From assembly GCA_030141605.1 (NCBI GenBank), contig JAQGDQ010000160.1:62001-126000 (forward strand): a stretch of DNA of 64,000 nucleotides. The letters run 5' to 3'. Of the stretch, positions 39,701 through 50,737 are shown piece by piece. Below the pieces are notes generated by a model. The model did no database searches. It saw only the letters and a list, made by a program, of their open reading frames with translations, and was not told the origin of the DNA. The position numbers and the translations under genes were made by a program. Position 1 is the stretch's first letter; every line of letters starts with the position of its first letter. The DNA is from Tubiluchus corallicola. Taxonomy: Eukaryota; Animalia; Priapulida.

Positions 39701-42700
39701 CAAGATTCTCTGCGACATAAAAAAACCTGGCAAATTTTTAAGTTTAAAATTCAAATTTATGCTCACACATGAGATCTCTAACATGTGCACTATGTCACAA
39801 CCGAACACCTCTGAACTGAGAGATACATACAGTACCCCATTTTTGTGCAGGTGCCGATGCCCATCTCACTAGCAAACAGCGAAAAAAACTATGACATGCG
39901 AAAATTACATTTCTGTGGTAATAATTCTTTCACCTAAGTCAGGGGTGTGCAAATGATCTCACTCCGCCTCATTAAAGTTTCCCGCAATTCCTGCGGGCCA
40001 CAGGCAGTTTGATGAAGGAGCTAAGTACAGTAGGACCTAATAACGATTTTTTTGCATCTGGTCTGAGCACATCATTACTACTACACTCAAGAAACTATAT
40101 TAGAAGTTATTAAAATTTATATCAAAAACCATATATTTCTACTTTCATGACAGATAGTGGTAATTTCATTACAATGCATATTAGTAATGTGTATCACACA
40201 GTCTGTGTAGTACAGTGCATATTAACCTGCCTTGACTCGATGTTCTTCTTCAATCTTCCTCTTTTTTCTTATCCATGTTTCTGATCTATAAGAACACTAC
40301 ACCTGATGAAACGATGAAACAGCCACTGATCCAGGCGTGTACTACTGAGCCTAATCAGAAACTAAAATCTGGGAATCCCCCTATATCAGGTGTGACCACA
40401 CCTTTTCAGCTTGCTGGCTACTTACAAATTGAACTGCCCAGTCGTCTTCTTGGTCATAGTAGGTGGATCATTTTGACTTGGTAATTTAATATTTTTTTTA
40501 TAATTTATTTATACAGTAGTCACCGCTTAATAGACTCATAGTTAATAGACTCAATTGCTTAATTGACTCAAAAACGCCTGGAAAGGGCCGCTTCTATTCA
40601 AATATACATAACAACTATCGGTAATTGACTCAAATAACTTCTCTTAATTGACTCAATATTTTTCCTTCACGTACTTAAAATAAGATATTTGTATGTGCCC
40701 AAAGAGCCTTTCCTAGTTTATGTCATCTTTACTTCCTTTTTGTGCATTATATATGTAGAAACAATCATGTTAAGTACTGTTTTGTTTGTAAACAGGTACG
40801 TTTATCAATCCGTGCGCTAGCGTAGCGGTTTTGCTTTGAATCTGTTACACACTCGCCCACTGCAATTAATCTCGTTACTCAAAGAATTTCTGGAAGCTAA
40901 ACATTTAATCACTTGCCTAGCTGTTTCCTTTTGATGCTCTAGTTGCAAATCACGCTTTCAGAGTTAATAGTCAAAGCTCCAGGTACAGTATAATCAGCTG
41001 GTATTCCTTGTGACTTACAAGAGTAAACATCGTACAGCAAATAAGAGCAATGTAAGTGAGCGATTCAGAACTGTCTTAGTCGCACACAAAAACAGATTTT
41101 CAACGTTTTTATAATTACTAGAATTTTGTGGGCCAACTTCTTCGCAGGAAAATGAAGCAGCAAATAAACAGACTTAGAAAAGTCTGTGATTTAGAAAAGT
41201 ATACTTTTTAACTTATTGTTAATTCACTTATAAATATAAATTGATATTTTAAAATGTTTTTTCTAATTTTTAACTGCTCAGAATTTAGGCATTACTTCGT
41301 TTCTAAAATTGATTAAAAGCCCTTGCATTGCATAGTAAGCTGATGACTCATACTTCTATACCAGTAATACTACACCCGTCGGTTAATTGGGTCAAAACAC
41401 GTCGGTCCTAACGTGAGTCTATTGAGCGGCGACTACTGTATATAATTTATTTTGTAAAATAACTAAGTCAAAATGATCTACCTGCTGAAGGCGACTAAGA
41501 AGACGACTGGGCAGATCAACAGCCCCGATAATAAAAGCCTAGAGATTGGCTGATTGGTCTTCATACCAGCCAATCAGATTGCTTCTCGAGTTTCTTGCAC
41601 ATTTGAACGTTTCAATGGCGGCTTCTGTGATAGTTTGATGTGTTCTGTGATTACATCGCTTTTTTGTGTTCCAAGTGAGTAACATGTAATTCGTCATGTC
41701 CGATAGTGACATTGAGTGACAACCGTCTTGTAAGGGTTAATGCCATCTGATCTAGTGGAAAAAACTACCTGCACTATCTTTGGGATCGTAGTGCAGACTT
41801 CAGCTGGATACACTCAATTCACTGCCGGGCCATGCTTTCATTAGGTTGACAAATCTCTTCGCAGGCCGCACAAAATCTCTCGGCGGGCCGCACTTTGCAC
41901 ACCCCTGATCTAAGTCATTCTTGAAAAAATAGGGCGTTCCCTTTTTTCAATATTTAATAGGAATGATTATTTTGAGCTACAATTTAAGATTGGGTCCAGT
42001 TTTCCTTTAATGTAGGATGAAAATGGATAGCAACCGTCTGGTAATGATAAATGTTTAGAAACAACTAGTTAATCGAAAACTACATGATTACAACGAATGT
42101 GACTACAACAATAATATGAAGTTAAAAGCTTACTTTCTTCCCCAGACATCTGTTTCTCAGACAGCCTAACATCTCCCACACATTCAGGCTGATTTTTTAT
42201 ATCTTCTCCATCACAGACCTCACCTTGAATTTCTTCACTTTCTGCTTTGGTATCATCACACTTCACGTCAATCTCTGGAAGTTTTTGTAAAAAAGAACAA
42301 TTTGACTAAATTTTGAAGGTTTAATGCAAAAAAATTAAAACCGAAACATTTTTTAAATTACCAAAAAATGTCTAACTATCCAAGTATATGCTTGTATTTT
42401 TTTCTGTTGTTTCATGAGAGAAAACATAGCCATTATTCACATGAAACTACATTTTGTTACCTGTGTTTCAGTGGCATACAGAAAGATCTTTTAGTGAGAC
42501 CTACATCTCCCCATGTGAATTATTTTGCGATGGTACAACTATTTAAAGGCATGAATGATGCTCAAGACTATATTAAGCTGCAAATGGCATTAACCAGCTG
42601 AACACATGGTGTAAACTTTAATAAGGACTGGACTTTAATAAGAGAACTCTAGCACTCTTCTTCAAAAGCACCCAAGTTCAAAGCTTTTAGACTTCTAGAA

Positions 42701-43624
42701 ATATCTCGTGGTGAGAAGGTTTCTGGGTACAGTTTTTTTTTATTTATTATTATTATGACATTCAGTACAATATACTGACATTAAGCACACAGTGACATCA
42801 AAATTATTGCATCTACTGTATTAAATTGTTATGTTTCATATACTATCGTTACCATAAAAGAATAATTGTACTGCAGTGGTGTAGAGAAGCAAAGGCTTGT
42901 ATAAGTCCACTGTCATGTGAATCCGATAAAAAAAGAATGGATGAGTGAACAAAAAAAGAACTGGGAGAAAGGTTAGATCACACAGGAAGGGTAGAAGGAT
43001 GTGTTAGTGGAAATGGTAGGAAGAAAGATAATAGATTGCGCTATGTTGACATCAGCTCTAAAGATTTATCAATGATGCCTTGTTTTGCATAATCTGTACC
43101 AGGATTGTGGTATGACAGGTGGATAAAGGTTTATCATTCTTGCTCCACATTGAAGAACAAGTGGCAAAAGCAAACATACTTCATGAGAGTGCATACATTT
43201 TTAGATGCTAACGGTATAAAGCGTGTGTTTAATGCTTTGCTTAGACCTCACCTTGAGCATGTCCTATACAGTATACACTTTGTATATGGAGACCGTATGG
43301 TACAAGAATGGTCTAGAGAAAAACCTATGGTCTAGAGAAAAACCACTAGAGATGATAAAGTTTTAGATATCTGGCCTGTAATGTACATATCTAAATCACA
43401 CTTGGACTTGCTAAAAGTCATGAAACTATAACATTTTGTTGGAGATATGGTCATGGATGAATTTCCTGCAAATCAGAGGGCGCCACGTGAGCATTATTAT
43501 GAAAATGTCGACAAGTAACTTTGAGTTAATAGTGTAACCTATGATAATAACATTATTGATTATTAATAATATAAATTGCAAACTTATGTTGGACTGTCAG
43601 CCACATTATACCTTCTGTCGCCAT
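18781..43624 (-). CDS. UBFD1: Ubiquitin domain-containing protein UBFD1, about 294 aa, 8 coding exons, with a 16.3-kb intron 4 (21481-37735)
   Basis: Exons (minus): 43612-43624, 42134-42274, 38761-38913, 37736-37915, 21380-21480, 20253-20355, 19434-19516, 18781-18891 (885 nt, in frame). Ub-like domain: ETVDFKVVFNKKKYDVIFPLDDTVSQLK...TGVTPTMQKLMFKGLAKDSQTLRELKVSKGAKLMLVGS. C-terminal domain: HKKVLDKGKPDD...GGKVRLTFKLETDQLWIGTKERTEK...EPIEGHEEY...QLGPTEASRYWIYW...GKWQYF*. The first two exons are less certain. Confidence 0.92.
24228..25354 (-). CDS. Small secreted Gly/Tyr-rich protein (gene B, 111 aa), nested in UBFD1 intron 4; cuticle/eggshell-type structural protein
   Basis: Exons 25310-25354 (MMAPNLHFVFLLLIS, donor GTAAGT) and 24228-24518 (ILSLSQS-WNVNRYASNIG...GYGGTPYGGLGHGCYGRYG...ARGGYYG*). 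The phase-0 splice builds a signal peptide. A non-coding first exon at about 25694-25730 ends in CAG|GTAAG. Confidence 0.8.
25727..25759 (-). promoter_or_regulatory. Core promoter of gene B (TATA-like box plus Inr-like element)
   Basis: Minus strand TTTTATAAG (25751-25759) lies about 26 nt upstream of ACAGTT (25727-25732), which precedes the non-coding exon. Confidence 0.55.
27809..27890. repeat. Compound microsatellite (GT)n-(GCGT)n-(GA)n
   Basis: GTGTGTGT... followed by GCGTGCGTGC and GAGAGAGAGC. Confidence 0.8.
28783..30855 (-). CDS. Large secreted Gly/Tyr/Ser-rich repetitive protein (gene A, 484 aa), nested in UBFD1 intron 4; glycine-rich cuticular/keratin-tail-like structural protein
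   Basis: Exons 30820-30855 (MKQNLRLIVLLG, donor GTAAGT) and 28783-30201 (acceptor TTTTGTTCCAG; LIVSSFA-GWQSN...). Signal peptide of about 19 aa, then a Ser/Thr-rich segment, then GGLGG/GYGG/GNFRS repeats ending GGSYYG*. A non-coding exon at about 31414-31470 ends in AAG|GTATGA. AATAAA on the minus strand near 28633-28642. Confidence 0.88.
31414..31506 (-). promoter_or_regulatory. Non-coding first exon and TATA-like box of gene A
   Basis: Minus strand TTTAAAAG at about 31499-31506; donor at 31413; 5'-UTR motif resembles that of gene B. Confidence 0.5.
31720..32330. repeat. Degenerate (ACTG/ACTA/ATTG)n tetranucleotide-derived low-complexity tract
   Basis: Recurrent TGAC/ACTG/ACTA units, e.g. 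GACTGACTGACTGACTAACTAACTAACT at about 32076-32103. Confidence 0.7.
34406..35132. repeat. Minisatellite: 16 tandem copies of a 45-bp unit GAGCTTACTAGAGTTGGAGCTCACTAACAGCAACTCACCA-GGCAG
   Basis: Exact 45-bp period from 34406 to 35125 plus a partial unit. Degenerate units of about 15 bp flank it (34331-34405, 35133-35165). Confidence 0.97.
35630..35730 (-). mobile_element. tRNA-derived SINE
   Basis: Minus strand: A box TAACTCAGATGG, B box GGTTCAAGTCC, then a non-tRNA tail ...TTTTTCCAACCCTTCATTCAGTTAATG. Confidence 0.6.
40429..41519. repeat. Palindromic element with arms of about 65-75 bp, interrupted in its AT-rich centre by a pogo MITE
   Basis: Left arm TTGAACTGCCCAGTCGTCTTCTTGGTC..GTAGGTGGATCATTTTGACTTGGTAATTTA matches the reverse complement of the right arm at about 41456-41519. 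Confidence 0.75.
40514..41438. mobile_element. Tc1/mariner (pogo/Tigger-like) MITE
   Basis: 25-bp TIRs CAGTAGTCACCGCTTAATAGACTCA / TGAGTCTATTGAGCGGCGACTACTG (23/25 match), TA target-site duplications, and repeated TTAAT(A/T)GACTCA subterminal motifs. Confidence 0.9.
43100..43500 (+). mobile_element. Highly decayed CR1-type LINE 3' fragment
   Basis: Translation FNALLRPHLEH resembles the CR1 post-RT motif LVRPHLEY; it contains a tandem duplication of TGGTCTAGAGAAAAACC. Confidence 0.45.
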
Positions 43625-44160
43625 ACTCGAAACGCTTTTTTTTCGAATAACTTCAGTTTATTTTATTACGCAAGTATTACATGACTATGTAAAACTTTTT
43701 CAATTTGATCATTATTTTACAAAGCGAATTTTTAATACAACATCACGTTATAACCACACAACCGTCAGCAGTAATCACCCAGTGGCATTAGTTTGTAGTG
43801 CAAAATCAGCTTTTGATTGGACTTTCGAATACGGAAAAATAAGTGCTTCATTCGTTTTCATTTCACAGCAAAATATTTTTTGTTTTACCGTATAATAGAA
43901 ACGTTTGAGCTGCAAAAAATAAACAATTACACCCGAAAGCCATCTAGCGTAACACTTAGCATTTTTGTTAGCGGAATGATAAGAATTCAGGGAAATTAGC
44001 AAAATGAATGTGGTAAACAAATTCGGAGAAAAAAAAGTTAACGGGCACGACTGAAAAACGAAGCTGAAACGCACAAATGACGCAAACAGAATAACGCAGT
44101 GAAAGCGCATTTTTCGTTTATTATTTTTATACATTTACGGTTATTACCAATTTATTTCGA
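43625..44160. promoter_or_regulatory. Putative bidirectional promoter, UBFD1 (-) / BUD31 (+)
   Basis: Divergent start codons 536 bp apart; CpG is more frequent here than in the flanking introns (judged by eye). Confidence 0.6.
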
Positions 44161-46438
44161 ATGCCAAAAGTAAGAAGAAGTCGAAAACCTCCACCGGAGG
44201 GGTGGGAACTCATTGAACCAACATTGGACGAATTGGAAAGGAAAATGAGAGAGGGTAGGTCTGGTGCCATACACAAGTCATTGTACTGTACTCTGTAGTT
44301 AGCTTTAGTGTATATCATGCTTATATAATAAATTAATCCTTACTGCTTTATAGTAAAAGGGAAATACACACTCATAAATACATTGACTGCATAAACTCGA
44401 CTTATAATAGGACCACAGTAGCTCGATTATTGGTTTTAGATAACTGAAAGTGGGCTTCTTAGTAACTGTACATATAATACATAGCGTTTACAGTGCTTTA
44501 AGTGAAATTACAAGGTCTTCTGTATAATTTACGGTTCCCTTATTGTTTTCGCTTATCGTTCCCTTATTGTACGATAAACCATTACTTCTGCCAAGGCGTA
44601 TCAATTATCGATTAAGTAGACAAATACGAAAAGGTGACTGACTGTATATTTAGGATCACTGTTACTATGTGTTGTAAAAAATGTAAAATTTTTTATCATT
44701 TATGCACTTATTATCATATCTTAACCAGTAAAGAAGGTTTTTTCTTGTTTCGTGTATCTTCTGTGCAGTATCGTGTATTATCATCAGCTGGACCCGTATT
44801 ATAAACAACTGTATAAACATTTATAATTAAATTATGTAGTCATTTAGGTATGGATTTAATATTATATAGGTCCTTATAGATTAATCCATACAAACAATGA
44901 GTCTTGTGTGAATTTGTTTCTTTAGTTGTGCTTCCTCACAGATCTTAATATTTATTAAGCCAGGCTGACAATTTGACTGAGAAGGCCTTATTGGGTTAAA
45001 CTGTACACATTAATATTTTAATTTATTATTTATCCCAATTGTCGTAAATAAAGCATTAAAAAAGACATGACAATGAGAAGCATATGGAATATTTGGGTAA
45101 TACTATTATTTAGGTGTTACGTGTAGTGATAGTGACACCACATTAATCCTCTTTGTTAAAACCAAAACTGAGTGAAGCTTTTGCATGAGCTAGTCTTTTT
45201 ATTTTGTCGGTTAGTAAATGTTGCGATTCATTATTAATGTTATATTAATTTTTGTTATTTCAGTGGAGACTGAGCCACATGAAGGGAAGCGCAAAGTGGA
45301 AGGACTGTGGCCAATATTTAAACTACATCATCAGCGATCTCGATATGTATATGATCTTTTCTACAAACGCAAAGCGATAACTAGAGGTTTGTGCTTTATC
45401 TATTTTTACAGTTTCCAGATACACACATAAATTATAGTAATAAGTATTTCAAGAGTAAAATGTAATGTTAAGTTACAAGCAGGCCATGTGTGACAGCTAT
45501 GAAAACACTCAAAATAAGTTGCTTTCTGATGACTGACACGCCCTTGTTTCACTTCTTAAAATGATTCTTAATTACTAGTTAATTTAAATTGAAGTCTGTG
45601 ATTCTTGTAACCTTGTAACACAGAGGAAAAGACTTGACAAAACATAACAAGGACAGATTTTTATTCGAGTATGATATGGTACTGTAGGCCCACATAGAGA
45701 AAATTTGCAAAAAACATGATGTAGTAATTTATTCTGATTGCCCTTGTATCATGTTTTTTAATTTCCTCAATTTTCTTGATATTTTGAACAATTACTATGT
45801 TTGAATAATTTATGCCAATTTGGTTGCCCGACTCATATACATGCATCCATAAAAAACTATTATTAATTAGCTATTTTTGGTTATTTAGAATTGTACGAGT
45901 ATTGTCTCAAAGAAGGCATAGCAGATAAAAACTTGATAGCTAAATGGAAGAAGCAAGGTTATGAAAATCTGTGCTGTTTACGATGTATACAAACACGCGA
46001 TACAAACTATGGGGCCAATTGCATTTGCAGGGTACCAAAGAGCAAACTAGAGGAGGTAAGATATTTACCTGTGGTGTTCACCACTCATTACAAGATCTAC
46101 TGCTAATGTTGACTGGTTGTGGTAGAACAGGAACGTAATCTATAATCAAAAATAGTCCTGTAAGACACCTAACTGTTGATGTATCCTATAATCTTAGCTA
46201 TGTTCGGATGCATATACACCTTCACTAGCCAGATTCGTCTCTTAACTGTCGCAGTCAAAATCTTCTTAACTGTCACAGTCAAGCGTTGATAATTTAGCTG
46301 TTGCCCCTATTAATGTGCTTCGCTTATACAATATAAATAATGGTAAAACAATCAATTTGTTTGATTTGACTTTTTCGTTTGTTGTAGGGACGGATTGTAG
46401 AATGCGTGCACTGTGGTTGTAGAGGATGCTCTGGTTGA
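44161..46438 (+). CDS. BUD31: Protein BUD31 homolog (G10), spliceosome-associated, 144 aa, 4 exons
   Basis: Exons 44161-44254, 45264-45386, 45889-46055, 46388-46438 (435 nt). [59 protein letters not shown]...[32 protein letters not shown]...[12 protein letters not shown]. Confidence 0.97.
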
Positions 46439-47375
46439 AACATAGTTGTGGTGCAAAACCAGTTTCCAAAGCTCTCCAGCCAAGGAAGCCTTCAATTTTA
46501 GTTTTGTAAATAATGAATATGCTTAGTATGATCATTATCATCAGCTTGTCTTCAAGGTTTGCATGCTATTGCTATACCCGATTGTATTAATCACTTTCAA
46601 CTTTGGCTTCGTTTTCTTATTTAACCAGTAGGTGACTTTACTATGCAGCCATTTTGTACATATATTACTACATATTACATAAAAGTTATTACATAATGTT
46701 TTAAAAAGTACTGGACCAGCTGTACTGAAAAATGTGACAAACTTTTGTGATTGTTAAATTCAATATAAAATTTCATAGAGCTGGACTCTGAATAGGCACA
46801 TGCACTTATCCATTAGAAATTTTTTTTCTTTTGCGGCAAAATACTTTAATAGTTTAGTATCTTAAAACACTGCAGTGATGTCAGGTTATGCTGATTTTCT
46901 TCTTTTATTAAAAGTGCTCTGTTGTTTGGGGAACTCCAGAGCGATTCTTTGGTGTATAGCTTGTGTGACTACACTGCTGTTGTAGTTGACTCTGCAAGAA
47001 TTTATGTTATTTTAACAAATGAAATAAATATGTAAATATTTTCTAAGTCAATTTATCTATTTGTGCCTATATAAAATTCAATTTTGCAAGTAGCATATTG
47101 TTGTTTAACGCTATTTTAAACTCAGTTCAGTTAAAAGCTTTAACATTATCCACTTTATTTTCCAACTTTACTGCAGTTTTACAGAAGACAGTAAAGTCAA
47201 ACCTCCATTTCAAACCATTAGAGTTTGAAAAAGTGGTACAAATAGGATTTGGGTGTTAAAAAAACAAGTTAATATCAAAGTCTACTGTGGATTTTGCTTC
47301 CTGAGAAACTTGGCTTTTGAACCGTGAGCTGTGTGAACACAGTTAACAAGTTTTTATTCCAGTTTTACATATCTA

Positions 47376-50300
47376 TTAATCAAACCCAGAGTGCCACTTT
47401 GCAGCTGGAGTGCTCACAGCTTGTATTCTAATGTCAGAATTTGACACATTTTCCTGAGAGCGGCGCTGTCCACCTCCATGCCGGGTTGAGGAAGTCGCAC
47501 TTCGTCGTCTTCGCAGCATCACACAGCGGACAAGAAACAATCCGACAAGTGCAATCCCTAAAGCAATCACAGACACAATGGCAATTAAGACACCAATATT
47601 GTTTTGCCAGTTATTCTGGGCTGTTTGGTTTTGTTCAAGTAAAGCACTTTTGAAGTCTTTGAGAGTTGACACCAGATTACCATAGTAGTCCCGTTGATGC
47701 AATAGTGATGAATGTCGTTGTAATATCTCATCAACAACTTGCTGGCTTAAATACTCATGTACTGTTCTTCCTGCACTTATTTGCAACTAAATTTAAATAA
47801 AAATATGAAATTAATTATTAATGTTGGGCAAGATCTTCATTGAACATAACTTGCCTTAATGTGGAATGTATGATTTGATAATGATTAACAGAAAGTCAAA
47901 AAAACTATAACATGGACAGACTTCAAACTCTTTTTCAGATAACTTTAATATTACAATTACAAATAATTAGTTACCCATTTAGGGAAACTTAAGCTCAAAA
48001 TTTATTAAAATAAAATTTATTTAATTAGTTAAAATCACTCTAATGTTAGATTTAACATTGGAAATGCCCTCACTAGCTGATCAGCTGTAAGGAATGAACA
48101 TCGGTTTGTCGTGATTGCTGTGGAACATAGTTGGGTTGTTACTTGTAAATAGAAAGTCCCTGGTTCAAGTCTAAACTGCATTCCAACTTTTTCACGTTTC
48201 CTATTTTTCAGTTCAATCAGTTGTGGGTTTATACCATCATTAAGATAGTAGGTTCTTGATTGTGGGTGTAAATTTTAAGTGTCTATTTACATGGTACTAT
48301 GTGTATTGGTTTAAATCTAAAATAATGTGAATATATTCAAGCTTTCTATGCAGGCTGTATAACTGCACATTTTTCTCGTGGTGGAACTACTTATTTTCAA
48401 ATAGAATGTGCAATAATAGAACCACCAAGTGCAAAACTGTAACAAAAATCTTTGACCTCCAAAACCTTGGGTAGGCTTTTTATTTTCTGAAACTTACTTG
48501 AAACTCTGCTTACTTGCTTGAAGCCTGCATAAAAACTTACTTTTTGATGTTCCAAATTCAAGAACACAAGAACTTCTTCACCACAGCTAGCGAGGTTCCA
48601 TTTTTCTCGTAACCTGTCTGCAAATTTTTGCGTTGCCTGCTTCCCACTAGACAATGCAGAAAAACTTATGTAAACACCAATAAATTATATGTGTAGCACA
48701 TGTAAGTTGTGTAGGTTTAATGGTATTTGTGGTAGTTTTACAAACTATGTTGTTTATCTTATTCAGAAATGTTACTATTCATTCTCAATCTTAAAAAAAT
48801 CTGACATGCAGGTCTTCATTCTGCAAACACAAAATTTCAGGTCTGCAATTAGTTTCTACAAAACAATTTTATTTTATCATCCTGTCAATGTCATGCTACT
48901 CTTCTCTATTTTGTGAAATTAAACTATCAAATTAAAATTTGGAAAAAATTAAATCCTAATAACACGGAACTTTAGGTCAAATGCTAACTGTTAAAATTCT
49001 ATATTTTGTGAAACTGATCTACCCAAGCAAGTAGGTTAATAAAATCTTTGCAAAACAGATCATTATAGCTCTGTTCTTACTATTTGCTCATTGAATACTG
49101 TTGCATACACATATATATATCTCCAAACATTATGACACTTATTTAAAAAAAACACCAGGCTTCTTTTCATCCTGCTACCATTTATCAACACAGCTTTTTT
49201 TAGCCAAAGTGGTACAATAAATTCCTGTGTAACAGCTGTACCACAGAAGTAAGCTTATTCTTAATCACAAGCGCTGAGCTACTTGCTTTCCGCTATTCTG
49301 TCTTTCAGCCAAGTGCTTCAAATTTTTCTCATGGTTTTAAACAGTTTGAAGTTAAATTGCATTTCTGTTGCTTTCTAATTAACACGTCGACACATTCAGC
49401 TAAAAAAGCCTGTGAGTCAGTCATGATACATGTGCATCTAACGACTTTAGTTGTCGAACTACATGTACATGACAAACGCAAGTCATTTTCTGCACTACCT
49501 GAAATTTTTATCTAGAGCTACAGAATTTTAATTTGCATTTTGCCGACGGATTCAAGTGTTGGATTATTTGTAGTTATCAACTTATCACGATTTATTGCAA
49601 ATGTAATCCAGTCATTATCATACTCTATTACCTTGAAATTCTTTTTGCAATGGCTATTGTAAAGGCGTATCCTGTAGATGAATCTCTGCAATCGCATGGG
49701 CACCCGGTGCTATTTGCTATGTCTCTGATAATGTGCTCCAACGCATCAACTGGAAAAACATAATCAGAAACGTTTAATTTGTTTTGAAGTGTATGTTTGT
49801 CGTTTCCATCTTGAATTCAGTCTAAGTAATTATTGTGCTTGATTATTAGTATTTATTACTAAAAACCGACTATCAACTATGAATAGATTCAAAGCCAGTA
49901 CAATTTTGTCTACGTGTGTGGTCTATAAAGGTTTGAGTAGATAATACACTTTTATTGACGTAATTTAACCAGCAATAAAAAAACGTGTCAAGTATTCTGT
50001 GATAGTCTGGTTTTACATCCATATGCAATCGGGGTCAAGAAAGCGCTTATGATTTTTGAAAGTAATACTGAATAACTTTTTGAGCTATGTTAATAAGTTG
50101 CTGAAATAAATTACTATGCATATGATTTTATTTCGATGGGTAAATTTTAACAGTGACGCAGGCACGCTGCTAATAATCAGTTATCGAACTTCGTCGTGTA
50201 CTTTTCTAAGTTACAACAACTTAATATTTTCTTATCAGGGCTCAAACAGGACAAGCTTTTTCCAACTACTCCAATCTGGTAAGGAGGGAAGCCATGTATT

Positions 50301-50737
50301 GCGCAAGGCGCTGCAGGGCGATCGACGGACAGAAAAGAGACAGACCGACTCTCAGTCTCTGATCCTTGAAGTTCTTTCTGCGCCTATATATAAGATACAA
50401 ACTTATAGCATGTGCATGACCACATGTTCTGCTTTTTATGACTGCACCAGACCGATAACCGCGCTGAATACATCGCACCATTGATTCAGAAATTTACGTA
50501 CAACAAATTGATAAATCACGCGTTATAGTATATTCTTAACTGACACGTGGCACAATTCAAATTCTTGATCATACCTTCGGTTTTTGACAGCACCATGTCA
50601 GGATCTGAAATCGACCAGCCCTCCTCCCATAATGGTTCTGGAAAGTCCTCAACTTTCCAGCGCAGTTTACTAGCAGTTATTAAGCGCAAATGCATCAGAA
50701 ACGCCACAAATATTAGTAAGCGTTGCAACAAATCCAT
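47376..50737 (-). CDS. Single-pass type I membrane protein with a TPM (MOLO-1-like) ectodomain, about 265 aa, 4 exons
   Basis: Exons 50575-50737, 49632-49749, 48541-48646, 47376-47786 (798 nt, in frame). Signal peptide, then W..EDFPEP...ISDPDMVLS, T.CPC.C, G..FTIAIA, FA..LREKWNLASC...VLVFL, ISAG, DYYG.L; TM helix IGVLIAIVSVIALGIALVGLFLV; basic stop-transfer RRRR; short cytosolic tail. The family is assigned from motif recall only. Confidence 0.72.
48116..48250 (+). mobile_element. Degenerate tRNA-derived SINE, same family as 53174-53325
   Basis: CTTGTAAATAGAAAGTCCCTGGTTCAAGTCT...TCCAAC...TTTCCT...GTGGGTTTATACCATCATTAA is shared with the 53.2-kb copy. Confidence 0.6.

Larger units (their letters stand above)
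39940..41907. mobile_element. hAT (Charlie-like) non-autonomous transposon
   Basis: Perfect 14-bp TIRs CAGGGGTGTGCAAA / TTTGCACACCCCTG; 8-bp TSD ACCTAAGT/ATCTAAGT with central TA; GCGGGCC(G/A)CA subterminal motifs. Confidence 0.88.
39668..42010. mobile_element. Kolobok-like non-autonomous element (paralogue of 7425-7764) split by a nested hAT insertion
   Basis: Halves 39668-39939 and 41908-42010 join to match the uninterrupted copy at about 7455-7764. Right end CAGTTTTCCTTTAA, degenerate left end TGAAAGAGAAAACGG. Confidence 0.65.

Noticed and set aside
40298-40342. Minimal hammerhead ribozyme (CTGATGA-N6-GAAAC)
   Set aside because: Core boxes are present but stem II is 1 bp, the stem III/NUH register is broken and stem I is not contiguous.
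46240-46282. 19-bp direct repeat TCTTAACTGTC(G/A)CAGTCAA in BUD31 intron 3
   Set aside because: A simple local tandem duplication with no further structure.
49499-49518. Micro-exon in the TPM-like gene (AG...CAG|GTAGT)
   Set aside because: It introduces an in-frame stop in the required phase, and the flanking exons join in frame without it.
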